DNA from: Macrostomum hystrix
Lineage: Eukaryota > Animalia > Platyhelminthes
NCBI GenBank assembly: GCA_950097015.1
Contig: CATNEN010000001.1
Location: 21,638,001 to 21,702,000, forward strand
DNA length: 64,000 nt
Direction of reading: 5' to 3'
A program made the position numbers and the translations under genes. Below, in pieces: positions 12,576 through 25,929 of this stretch; position 1 is the stretch's first letter; every line of letters begins with the position of its first letter. Below the pieces are notes generated by a model. That model did no database searches. It was given only the letters and a program-made list of their open reading frames with translations, and had not been told where the DNA came from.

Positions 12576-14282
12576 ATGGCTCAAACTATTCTAACTTTAA
12601 TGTATTTCGTTGGCTGCGGCCTCTTTATCCGAGCCGTTGCTCAGCCAGGTAAGTTCTCTTTCTCCCCTGTCCCTTTCTCATAGTCTAATTGGCCTATTCT
12701 CATGAAACCCGACCCCAATCAACCAGATCCCGTGTGTCGCAGTTGTCCCTCAAGGAACTGTACTTACGATAAGCGACTCGCTTGCAGCTGCAGCAGCGTC
12801 CGGCGCACCATCGAGATCGTGGACGCCGGAGACCGTGAGTATGTCAACGTGTCTCTGGGCTTCGCTGTGGACGACACGGGCAGTATGGCAGCGGAGATCG
12901 CGGCAGTGAAGGCCAGCATTCAGTCGGTTGTCAGTGAGTACCAATCAACATCCATCTCTCCTTGTTTAAGTAGTCCGGCTCAGAATCGTGGCCTCGACCT
13001 GAATCCGTATGATTCCGCGTATATTTACGAGTGTCGCTTTTGCCAGCCAAGTTGAGAATAAAGTCAATCACGTTGAGAATCCCCATTCACCGCAGTAGCA
13101 GCCACTGCCATAGAACTAACTACACTCGACCATAGACAAAAAGCCAACCAAGTAAAAAAGGCATATTTGTGTGTACAATGCGCGCTCTGTAGCCTAAATA
13201 ACTATAGATTTGAAATTGAAAGTGTTTAATATACGGCTTAGCTTGGTTTATTATAGTCTATGGCCATAGGAGAGTGCAGCTTTAAATTGGTTTGCTTTCT
13301 ATCAACTTGATCGGCTTTTTGTCTATGGCCGAGTGTAGTTCTATGGCAGTGTCTGCTACTGCACGTGATTGACTTTATTCTCGACTTGGTTGACAAAAGC
13401 AATTTACTTCCTTCCATATTCGAAGTCTTGCTTAACAGCTCTAGTTGAAAATAGTTTTGCTTAAATGTGGGCTGCAAGCGAGCACCATCAAATAGAGATA
13501 CACACTGAACACTCTAGCCGCAACCTCTGGAATCTTCGACAAGTTCGTGATCGCCAGCTTCAACGATCCCTACGTGAGTAACGTGCTCGAATCGGCCGAC
13601 CCAGTGGCGATCAACACATTCGTGAGTGGAATCAATGCGAATGGTGGCGGCGACTGTGACGAGATGGCCCTGTCCTGCATCGCGGAAGTGGCCCGCCGCG
13701 TGAGTCCTGGCTCGGTCATTTTTGTGTTCACCGACGCCAGCTCAAAGGATTCTGAACTCGAGCCGACTGTCAAAGCTCTGCTGAAGTTCAAGAACATCCG
13801 CCTGAATGTACTGGCCACGGGTAATCTCTGCGAGAAGGGAGCCGAGCTTCGCGCGCTCACTAACGCCACCAACGGCACCATCTACACAACTTTGGACAGG
13901 TCCTATGCTGCCTACGTGATGAACTATATTAAGAACTTTGCCAAGTACAGCATTCGGTTTGTCAGAGGAATGCCAAGATCTTTGGACGATCTGAAGACCA
14001 TCGCAAACGGAAGTAAGTCGTTCGATTTTTTTATACTCATGTATTTTACACCGACTGAGGGATGGGGACTTGACTGACGGAGCAGTAAAGGTCGTTCGCG
14101 CTGAAATCAAACGAATCAAACGATTTGCAGCCTGCTCCTGTGTGTCCAACGTTGAGAACATCGTCTGCGCTCAACCGAATGAATCTGACCAGTCTGGAGC
14201 CTCTGGGCCTAACAAAGCGATCGTGAAGCTTATGTTTGGTGGTCTCTTGTTTGTGCCTCTTGTCTTGGTAAATTTTATTTAG
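12576..14282 (+). CDS. Secreted, probably GPI-anchored VWA-domain protein (hemicentin/VWA7-type VWA), 4 exons
   Basis: Exons 12576-12648, 12727-12933, 13518-14012, 14131-14282; all three introns GT-AG, phase 1 and frame-consistent. Signal peptide MAQTILTLMYFVGCGLFIRAVAQP; motifs DDTGSM (MIDAS), FNDP, GGGDCDEM, FVFTDA; hydrophobic C-terminus. Confidence 0.85.
13036..13400. mobile_element. MITE/foldback-like palindromic element in VWA intron 2
   Basis: ~100-bp inverted arms: gcttttgccagccaagttgagaataaagtcaatcacg..gcagtagcagccactgccatagaact..ccatagacaaaaagcc, with its reverse complement at ~13300-13400. Confidence 0.7.
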
Positions 14283-15314
14283 TGCAGAGCTCTGTCAGGA
14301 CGTTACCTCAATCCAAGGCTCGTCAGTTGAATTATGAACCGTCTTTGACAATATTATTCGAGATTTTTATCAAACTTCATCCTAGATTTTTACAATAACG
14401 AAATATAATGTTCTAAGAGCTATATATTGATATATAGAAGCTTCCTAACCGTGTTTTTTTGCGGCCAAGGCTGCAGTCAATAATATTGGAAAAAAAAGTT
14501 TCACATTTTGTGTCGATTTTTATTACCCGCTGCGAAGTTTATCGGAATGAAGCCAGCTATTTAGAATAGTCCTACCTGAAGTGCAAAATGTCGATTGGCA
14601 GGAGAAATTGCTCGGCTAGTCCCAACCGATACCAGACTTTAAAAAACTACCCGACGATAAGAGGCAAAGGCTGCCGCGCCACTGGGATCTGTCAGCGGGC
14701 TGGCATTCTTTCGCTCTGTCTCCCTTTTTTGACAAACCCGTGTCAGCTGGATAGTCGAATTGTAAACCCTTGCTAGAGCAGCAGCAGCAGCAGCAGCAGC
14801 ACCAGCAGCAACGGTAGCGAACCCGTATGTCGCGTGGCGAGAGGGAAAAAGACCATGATGATGACAGGGTCTCGGAGGAAAAACAACGGAAACTTTTCGT
14901 AACGCAAGCTTTGGTATCCGTACAATGAAGGGTTGAGATTTGGGTGGCACAGGAAACAAGCTTGCAAGCGGTGTGCGAACATATTCTGCCTGCAAAGAAT
15001 GTCTCTGTCAAAACACGCCCGGGCTCCATTAATTTCTATGTTTTTTGTCTAACAAAAATATCAAGCGATGAAAGATAAGAAGGAATTCTAATTTTCGGTA
15101 TATAGAAAGAAATTGAGGTTAAGGGCAATGGGACGAGAAATTTAACGGCTCCGGGCAATGCAACGCAATTGATGCCCTGAATTGACAAATTGCAGCAAAA
15201 TACCTCCCAACCGCGACACAGAACGCGAAATACTTTCAACAAAATCATTTCACCAGGCTTGGATTTTAATGTTGGTGATTTATTTTGTTTCCTAATTCTT
15301 AACTGCTGATTATT

Positions 15315-15510
15315 CACATGTGACTCCTCAGTCTTCACATGTGACTCTTCAGTCTTCACATGTGACTCTTCAGTCTTCACATGTGACTCTTCAGTCTTCA
15401 CATGTGACTCTTCAGTCTTCACATGTGACTCTTCAGTCTTCACATGTGACTCTTCAGTCTTCACATGTGACTCTTCAGTCTTCACATGTGACTCTTCAGT
15501 CTTCACATGT
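15315..15510. repeat. 21-bp minisatellite (cttcagtcttcacatgtgact)n
   Basis: ~9 copies. Confidence 0.95.
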
Positions 15511-15570
15511 TGGATTTTTTGGACACTATATCTCACTAAACAGAGCTTATGCTAATATGGCTTTAATAGT

Positions 15571-15920
15571 AGGGGGGTCGGTGGCAGAGCGGTTATCGCG
15601 TTTGCCTCTCGCACCACGGTCACTAAGTTCGATTCCGCGGCGAGGCCACATTCATTTGGATTCAGCCGCGGAGAGAAGGCTTGGGGGCTTGTCGTGCAAT
15701 TTACGCCCTCGAAGGCCAACCTCCAAGGCACAGTGAGAGTGTACAAAGCCTGACGATGAGAAAGTCAGGTCAGATGTACACACCTGTGTGAGCGTGTGCC
15801 TGTGTACGCTATCTGTGTGCGTGTGTGCTCAGGAGTCAGAGAAATGGGCAGAATTGCCTCCTAGCTGGCTGTGGGTCTAGTGTTACTAAATGATGTGCCA
15901 TTGCCCGCAGCCCTCCTGCA

Positions 15921-15971
<51 letters not shown>
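15571..15971 (+). mobile_element. tRNA-derived SINE family A, full length with TSD
   Basis: Pol III A box tggcagagcgg, B box gttcgattcc, (tta)n tail, 16-bp target-site duplication atatggctttaatagt at 15555-15570 and 15972-15987; three further copies in the window. Confidence 0.92.
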
Positions 15972-15975
<4 letters not shown>

Positions 15976-16432
15976 GGCTTTAATAGTTAATAACAAATTA
16001 ACTATACTATTGTCTCACTTGATTGTGTTTATTACTTTTATTATTGCAGTTTCAAAGCCACTCAAATGTTGGCTATTTAATTGGCGTCTTTCAACAAAGC
16101 TTTAGTCATAAAACTGGGCGAAATGACGCCCAATTATGTGCCATAATTGAAGCAACCGCGTCGGATAATTTATTGAACTATTATCGCCCAAAGCTTGCTG
16201 TATCAGTTTTATTGCCACTAGCTCCATCGGTCTCAGAAAATTCTAGAACAATAGACATTAGAAAATAGGAACGCATCTTTCACAATAAGTTGTGAAGAAC
16301 TTCAACTGAACCTTGAAAATTTTTAGCTTCAATTTTTTTTCAACAGATTTGACACAGAAAGGTGACAAAAACTGTGCTAGCGGAATGCTCATAGTTTGTT
16401 GACAACAGCTAGTTAAATGGAAGGACAGCAGC

Positions 16433-16796
16433 AATTATCATTATCATTATCTGCAGGAGGGTTGTGGACAATGACACATCATTTGGTGACACTAGACCCG
16501 CAGCCAGCGAGGAGGCAATTCGGCCCGTTTCTCTGACTCCTGAGCACACACGCACACAGATAGCGTACACAGGCACACGCTCACACAGGTGTGTACATCT
16601 GACCTGACTTTCTCATCGTCAGGCTTTGTACACTCTCACTGTGCCTTGGAGGTTGGCCTTCGAGGGCGTAGATTGCACTACAAGTCCGCAAGCCTTCTCT
16701 CCGCGGCTGCGCCTCAAATAAATGTGGGCTCGCCGCGGATTCGAACTTAGGGACCGTGGTGCGAGAGGCAAACGCGATAACCGCTCTGCCACCGAC
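16433..16796 (-). mobile_element. SINE family A copy (inverted relative to 15571)
   Basis: Near-identical reverse complement of 15577-15920 including A and B boxes. Confidence 0.9.
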
Positions 16797-16982
16797 AGTA
16801 CGGCTGATCACATAGACTTCAGGGACTGTCTGGACGCCACAATTTAACAGCTGGGTGAACTGAAGCAATGCAGAGTTAAGTGTCTTGCTAAAGGTCACAA
16901 ATAGTTATAGTGGAGTCGGGAATCGAACCTCCGAACTTCAAGTCGCGAGTCCGACGCTCTAACCACTAGGCTACAACCCCCC
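16797..16982 (-). mobile_element. SINE family B (tRNA-Ala-like head plus CORE domain), 3'-truncated
   Basis: Minus strand reads ggggttgtagcctagtggttagagcg..ggttcgattcccgactcca, then gtgacctttagcaagacacttaactctgcattgcttcagttcacccagctgttaaattg, which resembles the MIR/CORE-SINE core. Confidence 0.8.
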
Positions 16983-17488
16983 TTACTTAAGGCGAAAATG
17001 GAAAAATGTCATGATCCGCGCTTGCAAAGCAATACCGCGCAGCTGACTTCCTGTTCCAAGAACGGTACTCCCGCGATGTCAATTTTAATAGCGGCATTTA
17101 TTTCCTTTGAAATCTGAGACCCGAATGTCTGGTTGTGTGCCAACACCCACATTTTTCTTGCCAAGATAGTTACATAACAGTTTGGCAAACATACTGCCAT
17201 GCGCGCACTGCATTTGCATAGGCAAACGTCCGCTGTTTAGAAGCTGAGTAAACTACAGAGGAATTGTGATCCAAAGATTGACGCCATGTTTAGTTAAGCT
17301 GGGACATTGCTGACTGTGCATGCTTCGTTGAAAGCTGTGTCTGTATTGAAAGGATTTGTAGTTCGTTGTGGCCGTCTTTACGTGGCCAATTCTCTTTAGA
17401 TACACTGTTTTAAAGAGAAAAATATAAACTTTTAACACAGCGAATGAACGGTTGTAGGCTTTACGTTCTTTAACGAAAGTTAATTCAG

Positions 17489-17810
<322 letters not shown>

Positions 17811-18711
17811 TTAAAAAACAGAGAAATACAGAACAGCTCTGGTAGGGAGCGACACAGTGTGCTCAAATGCGAAAGACAAGCAGGCAGGCCCTCGAGTTGC
17901 TATCTGCTCAAAACGTGTGCCATGAGTTTCATCCAGAGCATAAAATCAATATTGACTTAGCAAGGCGAGAAAGAGACTTTTTAAGAGGCCGATAAGTGTA
18001 GAATGCATAGCGCTCTAGCCGAGGCTAAAACATATCAAGCGTGCTTTTCCCAATGTCACTTTGACAAATGACACTGCTCCCTCAGCATTATCTCAATCCC
18101 ACATTCTCCTCCGCTTATAGGAGAAGACCTGGTGACTCATCTATGAATAACAGTGGATTTAGCGAATAGCATACACACACACACTTGTTGCTAACTGTGT
18201 GTGTGTGGCACAATTGGGGCGGTGAAGTATTTTATTATTTCTATTAGTATTATTATTATTATTCTCATTGGCATTGTGGCAAGGGTGTTATGTGTGTCGC
18301 CAACAGCTAATGCTAAGTTTGGCGCTTTTAAACTTATGAATTATTTCTTTTTAAACTTGCCGCCGCTCGCTATCTCTGTATGGCTTCCCCGCTGCCGCTG
18401 TTTGAGTTCAATTCAAAAGCTCAGCGCAACGGGGGACTCTTACTTGCAGCCTTCCGTGTATTCACAGCGGGGAGGGAGCTCTGTTGTCTTGCCGCCTCTG
18501 CCTCTCTTTGTGGGCTCAAGCTCAGGAATGCTTGGCAGCTGGTTAATAATAGCCCTTTTAAACTAGCCCTGGGTAATGCGGCTTGGCTTGATAGATATTG
18601 GCGACATGGCAGTGTCAACTTTTTTTAGACCTATAAGTGAGTGGCCTGTGTTCTCAGCTCTGGGACTTGAGATGAAGGCTCGCGCCTCGTTGTCCGACCC
18701 GACGTGTGAAG

Positions 18712-19676
18712 AGGGTGTGAGATTCGGGGAAGAGCGTGTGAGATTCGGGGATGAGGGTATGAGATTCGGGGATAAGGGTGTGAGATTCGGGGATGGAGGG
18801 TATAAGATTCGGGGATGAGGGTATGGGATTCGGAATGGAGGGTATGAGATTCGGAGATGAGGATGTGAGATTCGGGGATGAGGGTATGAGATTCGGGGAT
18901 GAGGGTGTGAGATTCGGGGATGAGGGTATGGGATTCGGGGATGAGAGTGTGAGATTCGGGGATGAGGGTATGAGATTCGGGGATGAGGGTGTGAGATTCG
19001 GGGATGGAGGGTATAAGATTCGGGGATGAGGGTATGAGATTCGGAATTGAGGGTATGAGATTCGGAGATGAGGGTATGAGATTCGGGGATAAGGGTATGA
19101 GATTCGGGAATGAGGATATGAGATTCGGGGATAAGAGTATGAGATTCGGGAATGAGGATATGAGATTCGGGGATGAGGGTATGGGATTCGGGGATGAGGG
19201 TGTGAGATTCGGGGATGAGGGTGTGAGATTCGGGGATGAGGGTGTAAGATTCGGGGATGAGGGTGTGAGATTCGGGGATGAGGGTGTGAGATTCGGGGAT
19301 AAGGGTGTGAGATTCGGGGATGGAGGGTATAAGATTCGGGGATGAGGGTATGAGATTCGGAATTGAGGGTATGAGATTCGGAGATAAGGGTATGAGATTC
19401 GGGGATGGGGTATGAGATTCAGGGATGGGGGTATGAGATTCGGGGATGAGGGTATGAGATTCGGGGATGAGGGTATGAGATTCGGGAATGAGGATATGAG
19501 ATTCTTGGATGAGGGTACGAGATTCGGGGATGAGGGTATGAGATTCGGGGATGAGGGTGTAAGATTCGGGGAAGAGGGCATGAGATTCGGAGATGAGGGT
19601 ATGAGATTCGGGGATGGGGGTATGAGATTCGTGGATGAGGGCATGAGATTCAGGGATGAGGGTATGAGATTCGGGT
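18712..19676. repeat. 21-bp minisatellite (gagattcggggatgagggtat)n
   Basis: Direct reading. Confidence 0.95.
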
Positions 19677-20211
19677 GAATCGAATGCAGTTGGCGTGAGT
19701 CAGGCTTGAAGTTTTCAGTATCTCAGATATGCAGCATATTTAGTAAATCAAAGAGTTCTGTGACCAGCAGCATAACAGACAGTTAAGGACACCGGCCCTA
19801 GCAGACCAGGTAACACGAGGACATGTCAGTTGAAAGCAATATTTTTTGGTTTGCTGCTAAGGAAGAAGTTAAAAAAAGCCAATTGGGGCATGTCGAATTC
19901 TGTTGATTGACACAGTTTCGGGTAGACTAGCATTTGTTTTTACAGGCCTCAGCATGACGGGCCCGAAGCGCTTTGCTTGGGGTTGGCGTTAATTGCTGGA
20001 ACCCAATGCAATAGCCGCATGCCACAGATGGGGGCAATCAGGCATTGTGGGATGCTTCGACCAACAGTTCGAGATGTCGCTTATATCTAAACACATTGAT
20101 GACCGTCATGAGACAGTTACTTTCTATTTGTACCTGCTAATCGACCTGTTATTATACCTGCTTATCTAACTACAAATCTTTCTAATTATCTTCTGGGGGT
20201 TGTGGCCTAGT

Positions 20212-20900
20212 GGTCTTTCTCTACCTGTCTTTCTCTACCTGTCTTTCTCTACCTGTCTTTCTCTACCTGTCTTTCTCTACCTGTTTTCTCTACCAGTCTT
20301 TCTCTACCTGTTTTCTCTACCTGTCTTTCTCTACCTGTCTTTCTCTACCTGTCTTTCTCTACCTGTCTTTCTCTACCTGTCTTTCTCTACCAGTCTTTCT
20401 CTACCTGTCTTTCTCTACCTGTCTTTCTCTACCTGTCTTTCTCTACCTGTTTTCTCTACCAGTCTTTCTCTACCTGTCTTTCTCTACCTGTCTTTCTCTA
20501 CCTGTCTTTCTCTACCTGTTTTCTCTACCAGTCTTTCTCTACCTGTTTTCTCTACCTGTCTTTCTCTACCTGTCTTTCTCTACCTGTTTTCTCTACCTGT
20601 CTTTCTCTACCTGTTTTCTCTACCTGTCTTTCTCTACCTGTCTTTCTCTACCTGTTTTCTCTACCTGTCTTTCTCTACCTGTTTTCTCTACCTGTCTTTC
20701 TCTACCTGTCTTTCTCTACCTGTTTTCTCTACCTGTCTTTCTCTACCTGTTTTCTCTACCTGTCTTTCTCTACCTGTTTTCTCTACCAGTATTTCTCTAC
20801 CTGTTTTCTCTACCAGTATTTCTCTACCTGTTTTCTCTACCTGTATTTCTCTACCTGTCTTTCTCTACATGTCCTAATCTATCTTTCCTTACCTGTCTTT
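20212..20900. repeat. 13-15-bp pyrimidine minisatellite (ctttctctacctgt)n
   Basis: Direct reading. Confidence 0.95.
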
Positions 20901-21487
20901 CGAACAATCGTTCTTTTAAGATCTTTTCTCTTATTTGCATTGGCGAATAAAAAAGTTAAGTTTAGAAAAGTTGTTATTACGAGCGCAAATGTAGGGCTTG
21001 ACACTTAAAGTCGCAAGATTTGTTGTCCATTCCAGTATTTGTCTTTCATTAATCATTTATAGGGGAGTGCTTTCGAAAATCGTAACTTTTTAAACCTGAA
21101 ACACCATGGTGGCAACATAAACTGAACCTTTTCTTTATCATCTGCCGCAGTTTCTTGTTGAAATGCTTAAACTGTCAAGCCAGCCAGGCCTGACTGCGTA
21201 TCGCTCATTGCTTTTCCTTTGCTTCCTCCGACCTGACGACGGTTAACTAAACAATACTTCACTTCAAAGTCTTCCTTTTTTAAAGTTTTCTGCTAGCTAT
21301 CTGAATTTTACTGAAGCCAACTGGGAATTCAGCAAAAACAAAGGAGACGCTAAGCATGGACCAATTGGACCAAAACACTGTTTACCAAGCAAAACCCTTT
21401 GTTATACTCTTCGTTTGAAAGAAGTTGTGAAGCTCGTCTGCCTTCTTGGAAGATTAAAAACACAATGTTACAGCTAACTGCTTATAA

Positions 21488-21779
<292 letters not shown>

Positions 21780-22216
21780 ATGGTTTCTATTACTGATTGT
21801 GAAATTAATAAAGTCGCTATTATATAGCTTACCAGCATAGAAACGTACCAACGATGCCTTATAACACCGCATTGTCTCCCTATTGTCTCCAAGCTGGTTT
21901 TTGCTAATTCAAGTGGAAGTCCTTAAGCCTTATTCTAAGCCACTTTAAGAGGCCAAATATTACAGAAATGAGAGGCCTCACATCACAGTCTTGGCCTATT
22001 TCTATGGTTGCCAAGCGTGTCAGCTTTTGTGTTGTGATACAAAAAACCATTCTTATCGCTGCTCTGCCTGGTCGACAAAAGAGAATTAATTTATTGGCGC
22101 GGAAACGCAGAACGCTTTGTTTCAAATCACTGACAAATATGACATGCTTGACAGCTTCATGTTCTGCGTGAATGATACCACCGGACTAGACCAAACTAAC
22201 AAGCTGGGACAGAGCG

Positions 22217-25181
22217 AGAAGACTGAGATAAACTGGGACCGAAGACTGAGATAAACTGGGACTGAAGACTGAGATAAACTGGGACTGAAGACTGAGATAA
22301 ACTGGGACTGGAGACTGAGATAAACTGGGACTGAAGACTGAGATAAACTGGGACTGGAGACTGAGATAAACTGGGACTGGAGACTGAGATAAACTGGGAC
22401 TGTAGACTGAGATAAACTGGGACCGAAGACTGACATAAACTGGGACTGAAGACTGAGATAAACTGGGACTGAAGACTGAGATAAACTGGGACTGAAGACT
22501 GAGATAAACTGGGACTGTAGACTGAGATAAACTGGGACTGAAAACTGACATAAACTGGGACTGAAGACTGACATAAACTGGGACTGAAAACTGACATAAA
22601 CTGGGACTGGAGACTGAGATAAACTGGGACTGAAGACTGACATAAACTGGGACTGAAGACTGAGATAAACTGGGACTGTAGACTGAGATAAACTGGGACT
22701 GTAGACTGAGATAAACTGGGACTGGAGACTGAGATAAACTGGGACTGGAGACTGAGATAAACTGGGACTGAAGACTGAGATAAACTGGGACTGAAGACTG
22801 AGATAAACTGGGACTGGAGACTGAGATAAACTGGGACTGGAGACTGAGATAAACTGGGACTGAAGACTGAGATAAACTGGGACTGTAGACTGAGACAAAC
22901 TGGGACTGAAGACTGAGATAAACTGGGACTGAAGACTGAGATAAACTGGGACTGAAGACTGACATAAACTGGGACTGAAGACTGAGATAAACTGGGACCG
23001 AAGACTGAGATAAACTGGGACGAAGACTGAGATAAACTGGGACCGAAGACTGAGATAAACTGGGACTGAAGACTGAGATAAACTGGGACTGAAGACTGAG
23101 ATAAACTGGGACTGAAGACTGAGATAAACTGGGACTGAAGACTGAGATAAACTGGGACCGAAGACTGAGATAAACTGGGACTGAAGACTGAGATAAACTG
23201 GGACTGAAGACTGAGATAAACTGGGACTGAAGACTGAGATAAACTGGGACTGAAGACTGAGATAAACTGGGACCGAAGACTGAGATAAACTGGGACCGAA
23301 GACTGAGATAAACTGGGACCGAAGACTGAGATAAACTGGGATTAGAGACTAAAATAAACTGGGACCGAAGACTGAGATAAACTGGGATTAGAGACTAAAA
23401 TAAACTGGGACTGAAGACTGAGATAAACTGGGACCGAAGACTGACATAAACTGGGACTGAAGACTGACATAAACAGGGACTGAAGACTGAGATAAACTGG
23501 GACCGAAGACTGAGATAAACTGGGACTGAAGACTGACATAAACTGGGACTGAAGACTGACATAAACTGGGACTGAAGACTGACATAAACTGGGACTGAAG
23601 ACTGACATAAACTGGGACTGAAGACTGAGATAAACTGGGACCGAAGACTGACATAAACTGGGACTGAAGACTGACATAAACTGGGACTGAAGACTGAGAT
23701 AAACTGGGACTGGAGACTGAGATAAACTGGGACTGTAGACTGAGATAAACTGGGACCGAAGACTGAGATAAACTGGGACTGGAGACTGAGATAAACTGGG
23801 ACTGTAGACTGAGATAAACTGGGACTGGAGACTGAGATAAACTGGGACTGAAGACTGAGATAAACTGGGACTGAAGACTGAGATAAAATGGGACTGAAGA
23901 CTGATATAGGACCGAAGACTGAGATAAACTGGGACTGTAGACTGAGATAAACTGCGACCAAAGACTGAGATAAACTGGGACTGAAGACTGAGATAAACTG
24001 GGACTGGAGACTGAGATAAACTGGGACTGTAGACTGAGATAAACTGGGACCGAAGACTGAGATAAACTGGGACCGAAGACTGAGATAAACTGGGACTGTA
24101 GACTGAGATAAACTGGGACTGGAGACTGAGATAAACTGGGACTGTAGACTGAGATAAACTGGGACTGGAGACTGAGATAAACTGGGACTGAAGACTGAGA
24201 TAAACTGGGACTGAAGACTGAGATAAAATGGGACTGAAGACTGATATAGGACCGAAGACTGAGATAAACTGGGACTGTAGACTGAGATAAACTGCGACCA
24301 AAGACTGAGATAAACTGGGACTGAAGACTGAGATAAACTGGGACTGGAGACTGAGATAAACTGGGACTGTAGACTGAGATAAACTGGGACCGAAGACTGA
24401 GATAAACTGGGACTGGAGACTGAGATAAACTGGGACTGTAGACTGAGATAAACTGGGACCGAAGACTGAGATAAACTGGGACTGGAGACTGAGATAAACT
24501 GGGACTGTAGACTGAGATAAACTGGGACTGAAGACTGAGATAAACTGGGACTGTAGACTGAGATAAACTGGGACTGTAGACTGAGATAAACTGGGACTGA
24601 AGACTGAGATAAACTGGGACTGAAGACTGAGATAAACTGGGACTGAAGACTGAGATAAACTGGGACTGAAGACTGAGATAAACTGGGACCGAAGACTGAG
24701 ATAAACTGGGACTGAAGACTGAGATAAACTGGGACTGAAGACTGAGATAAAATGGGACTGAAGACTGATATAGGACCGAAGACTGAGATAAACTGGGACT
24801 GTAGACTGAGATAAACTGCGACCAAAGACTGAGATAAACTGGGACTGAAGACTGAGATAAACTGGGACTGGAGACTGAGATAAACTGGGACTGTAGACTG
24901 AGATAAACTGGGACCGAAGACTGAGATAAACTGGGACTGGAGACTGAGATAAACTGGGACTGAAGACTGAGATAAACTGGGACTGTAGACTGAGATGAAC
25001 TGGGACTGAAAACTGACATAAACTGGGACTGAAGACTGAGATAAACTGGGACTGAAGACTGAGATAAACTGGGACCGAAGACTGAGATAAACTGGGACTG
25101 GAGACTGAGATAAACTGGGACTGAAGACTGAGATAAACTGGGACTGTAGACTGAGATAAACTGGGACCGAAGACTGACATA
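22217..25181. repeat. 23-bp satellite (actgaagactgagataaactggg)n, ~3 kb, with higher-order variant blocks
   Basis: Direct reading; the 500-600 aa ORFs here are repeat artefacts. Confidence 0.97.
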
Positions 25182-25929
25182 AGAGCTTTAAGAGCGAATC
25201 ATTCAACAAGACAATCCAAGAATGGAAAAGCAGGCAGTCGGTGAAGTATTTCGAAGACACAAAAACTTTAGTCGGCACTGAGAATGTTTGCCAATGTTTC
25301 TGCTTGTAGCAATTAGCATTTTAAATGAAATATTTTTTTCAGAAGCTTTTTGAAGCAACAGTCTAGAGAAAATTAAATTTCAAATACACGTTTGTTAAAA
25401 AATATAATTTTAAACAGACAAAATCTTCTTACAGCTCTGCGAACAACTAGTCAGCTGTCACAACTGCTGATATTGTCAGGCACAGAAAATTTCTAACTAA
25501 AAATATCTGGATCCCAAGGGAATACTATGGCATCCTTCGGATAAACATCCTTGGCTCCACACAACACAGCCTCATAATAACAATAATAATATTCTTCAAT
25601 AATTATGGTTGGAATCGGTGTGAAGCTTTGCTTTCAATTCTTTCTCTTTAACTCTAAAAGGAAGAATTGTTGTTATCACAGCCAACTTTAAGACCCGATG
25701 AAGCAGCGGCGGCAGCAGCAGCGATGTTTCAATGAGATAGGCCCTTCAAAAGGTGAGCGAAAGTGACAGCCAGTGGGAGATCGGAGATTGCGATTGAGAG
25801 CTAGTAACGGGTATCCAAGGGGGTGGAATAGAAGGGTCTGTCACGAGATAGAAGTTGAACTTTAGGGTGTTAAGACTGTGGATGGCTTTTTTACTTACTT
25901 TTTACTTACTAAATTTAAAATTAGATAAA

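Noticed and set aside
14588-15029. CAG-tract ORFs downstream of the VWA gene
   Set aside because: Stops in the + frames, no recognisable domain and no clear splice sites.
15749-15770. ctgacga-tga-gaaa-gtc in SINE A resembling a hammerhead core
   Set aside because: No stem II or III; it is a simple hairpin cctgac/gtcagg.
16910-16982. tRNA gene
   Set aside because: Acceptor and anticodon stems pair poorly, and it continues into a CORE domain with dispersed copies, so it is a SINE head.
22122-25278. Long ORFs of 250-627 aa (also those at 18.6-19.7, 20.2-20.9, 32-34.4 and 37-41 kb)
   Set aside because: Translations of tandem repeats, often open in several frames, with no splice or domain support.
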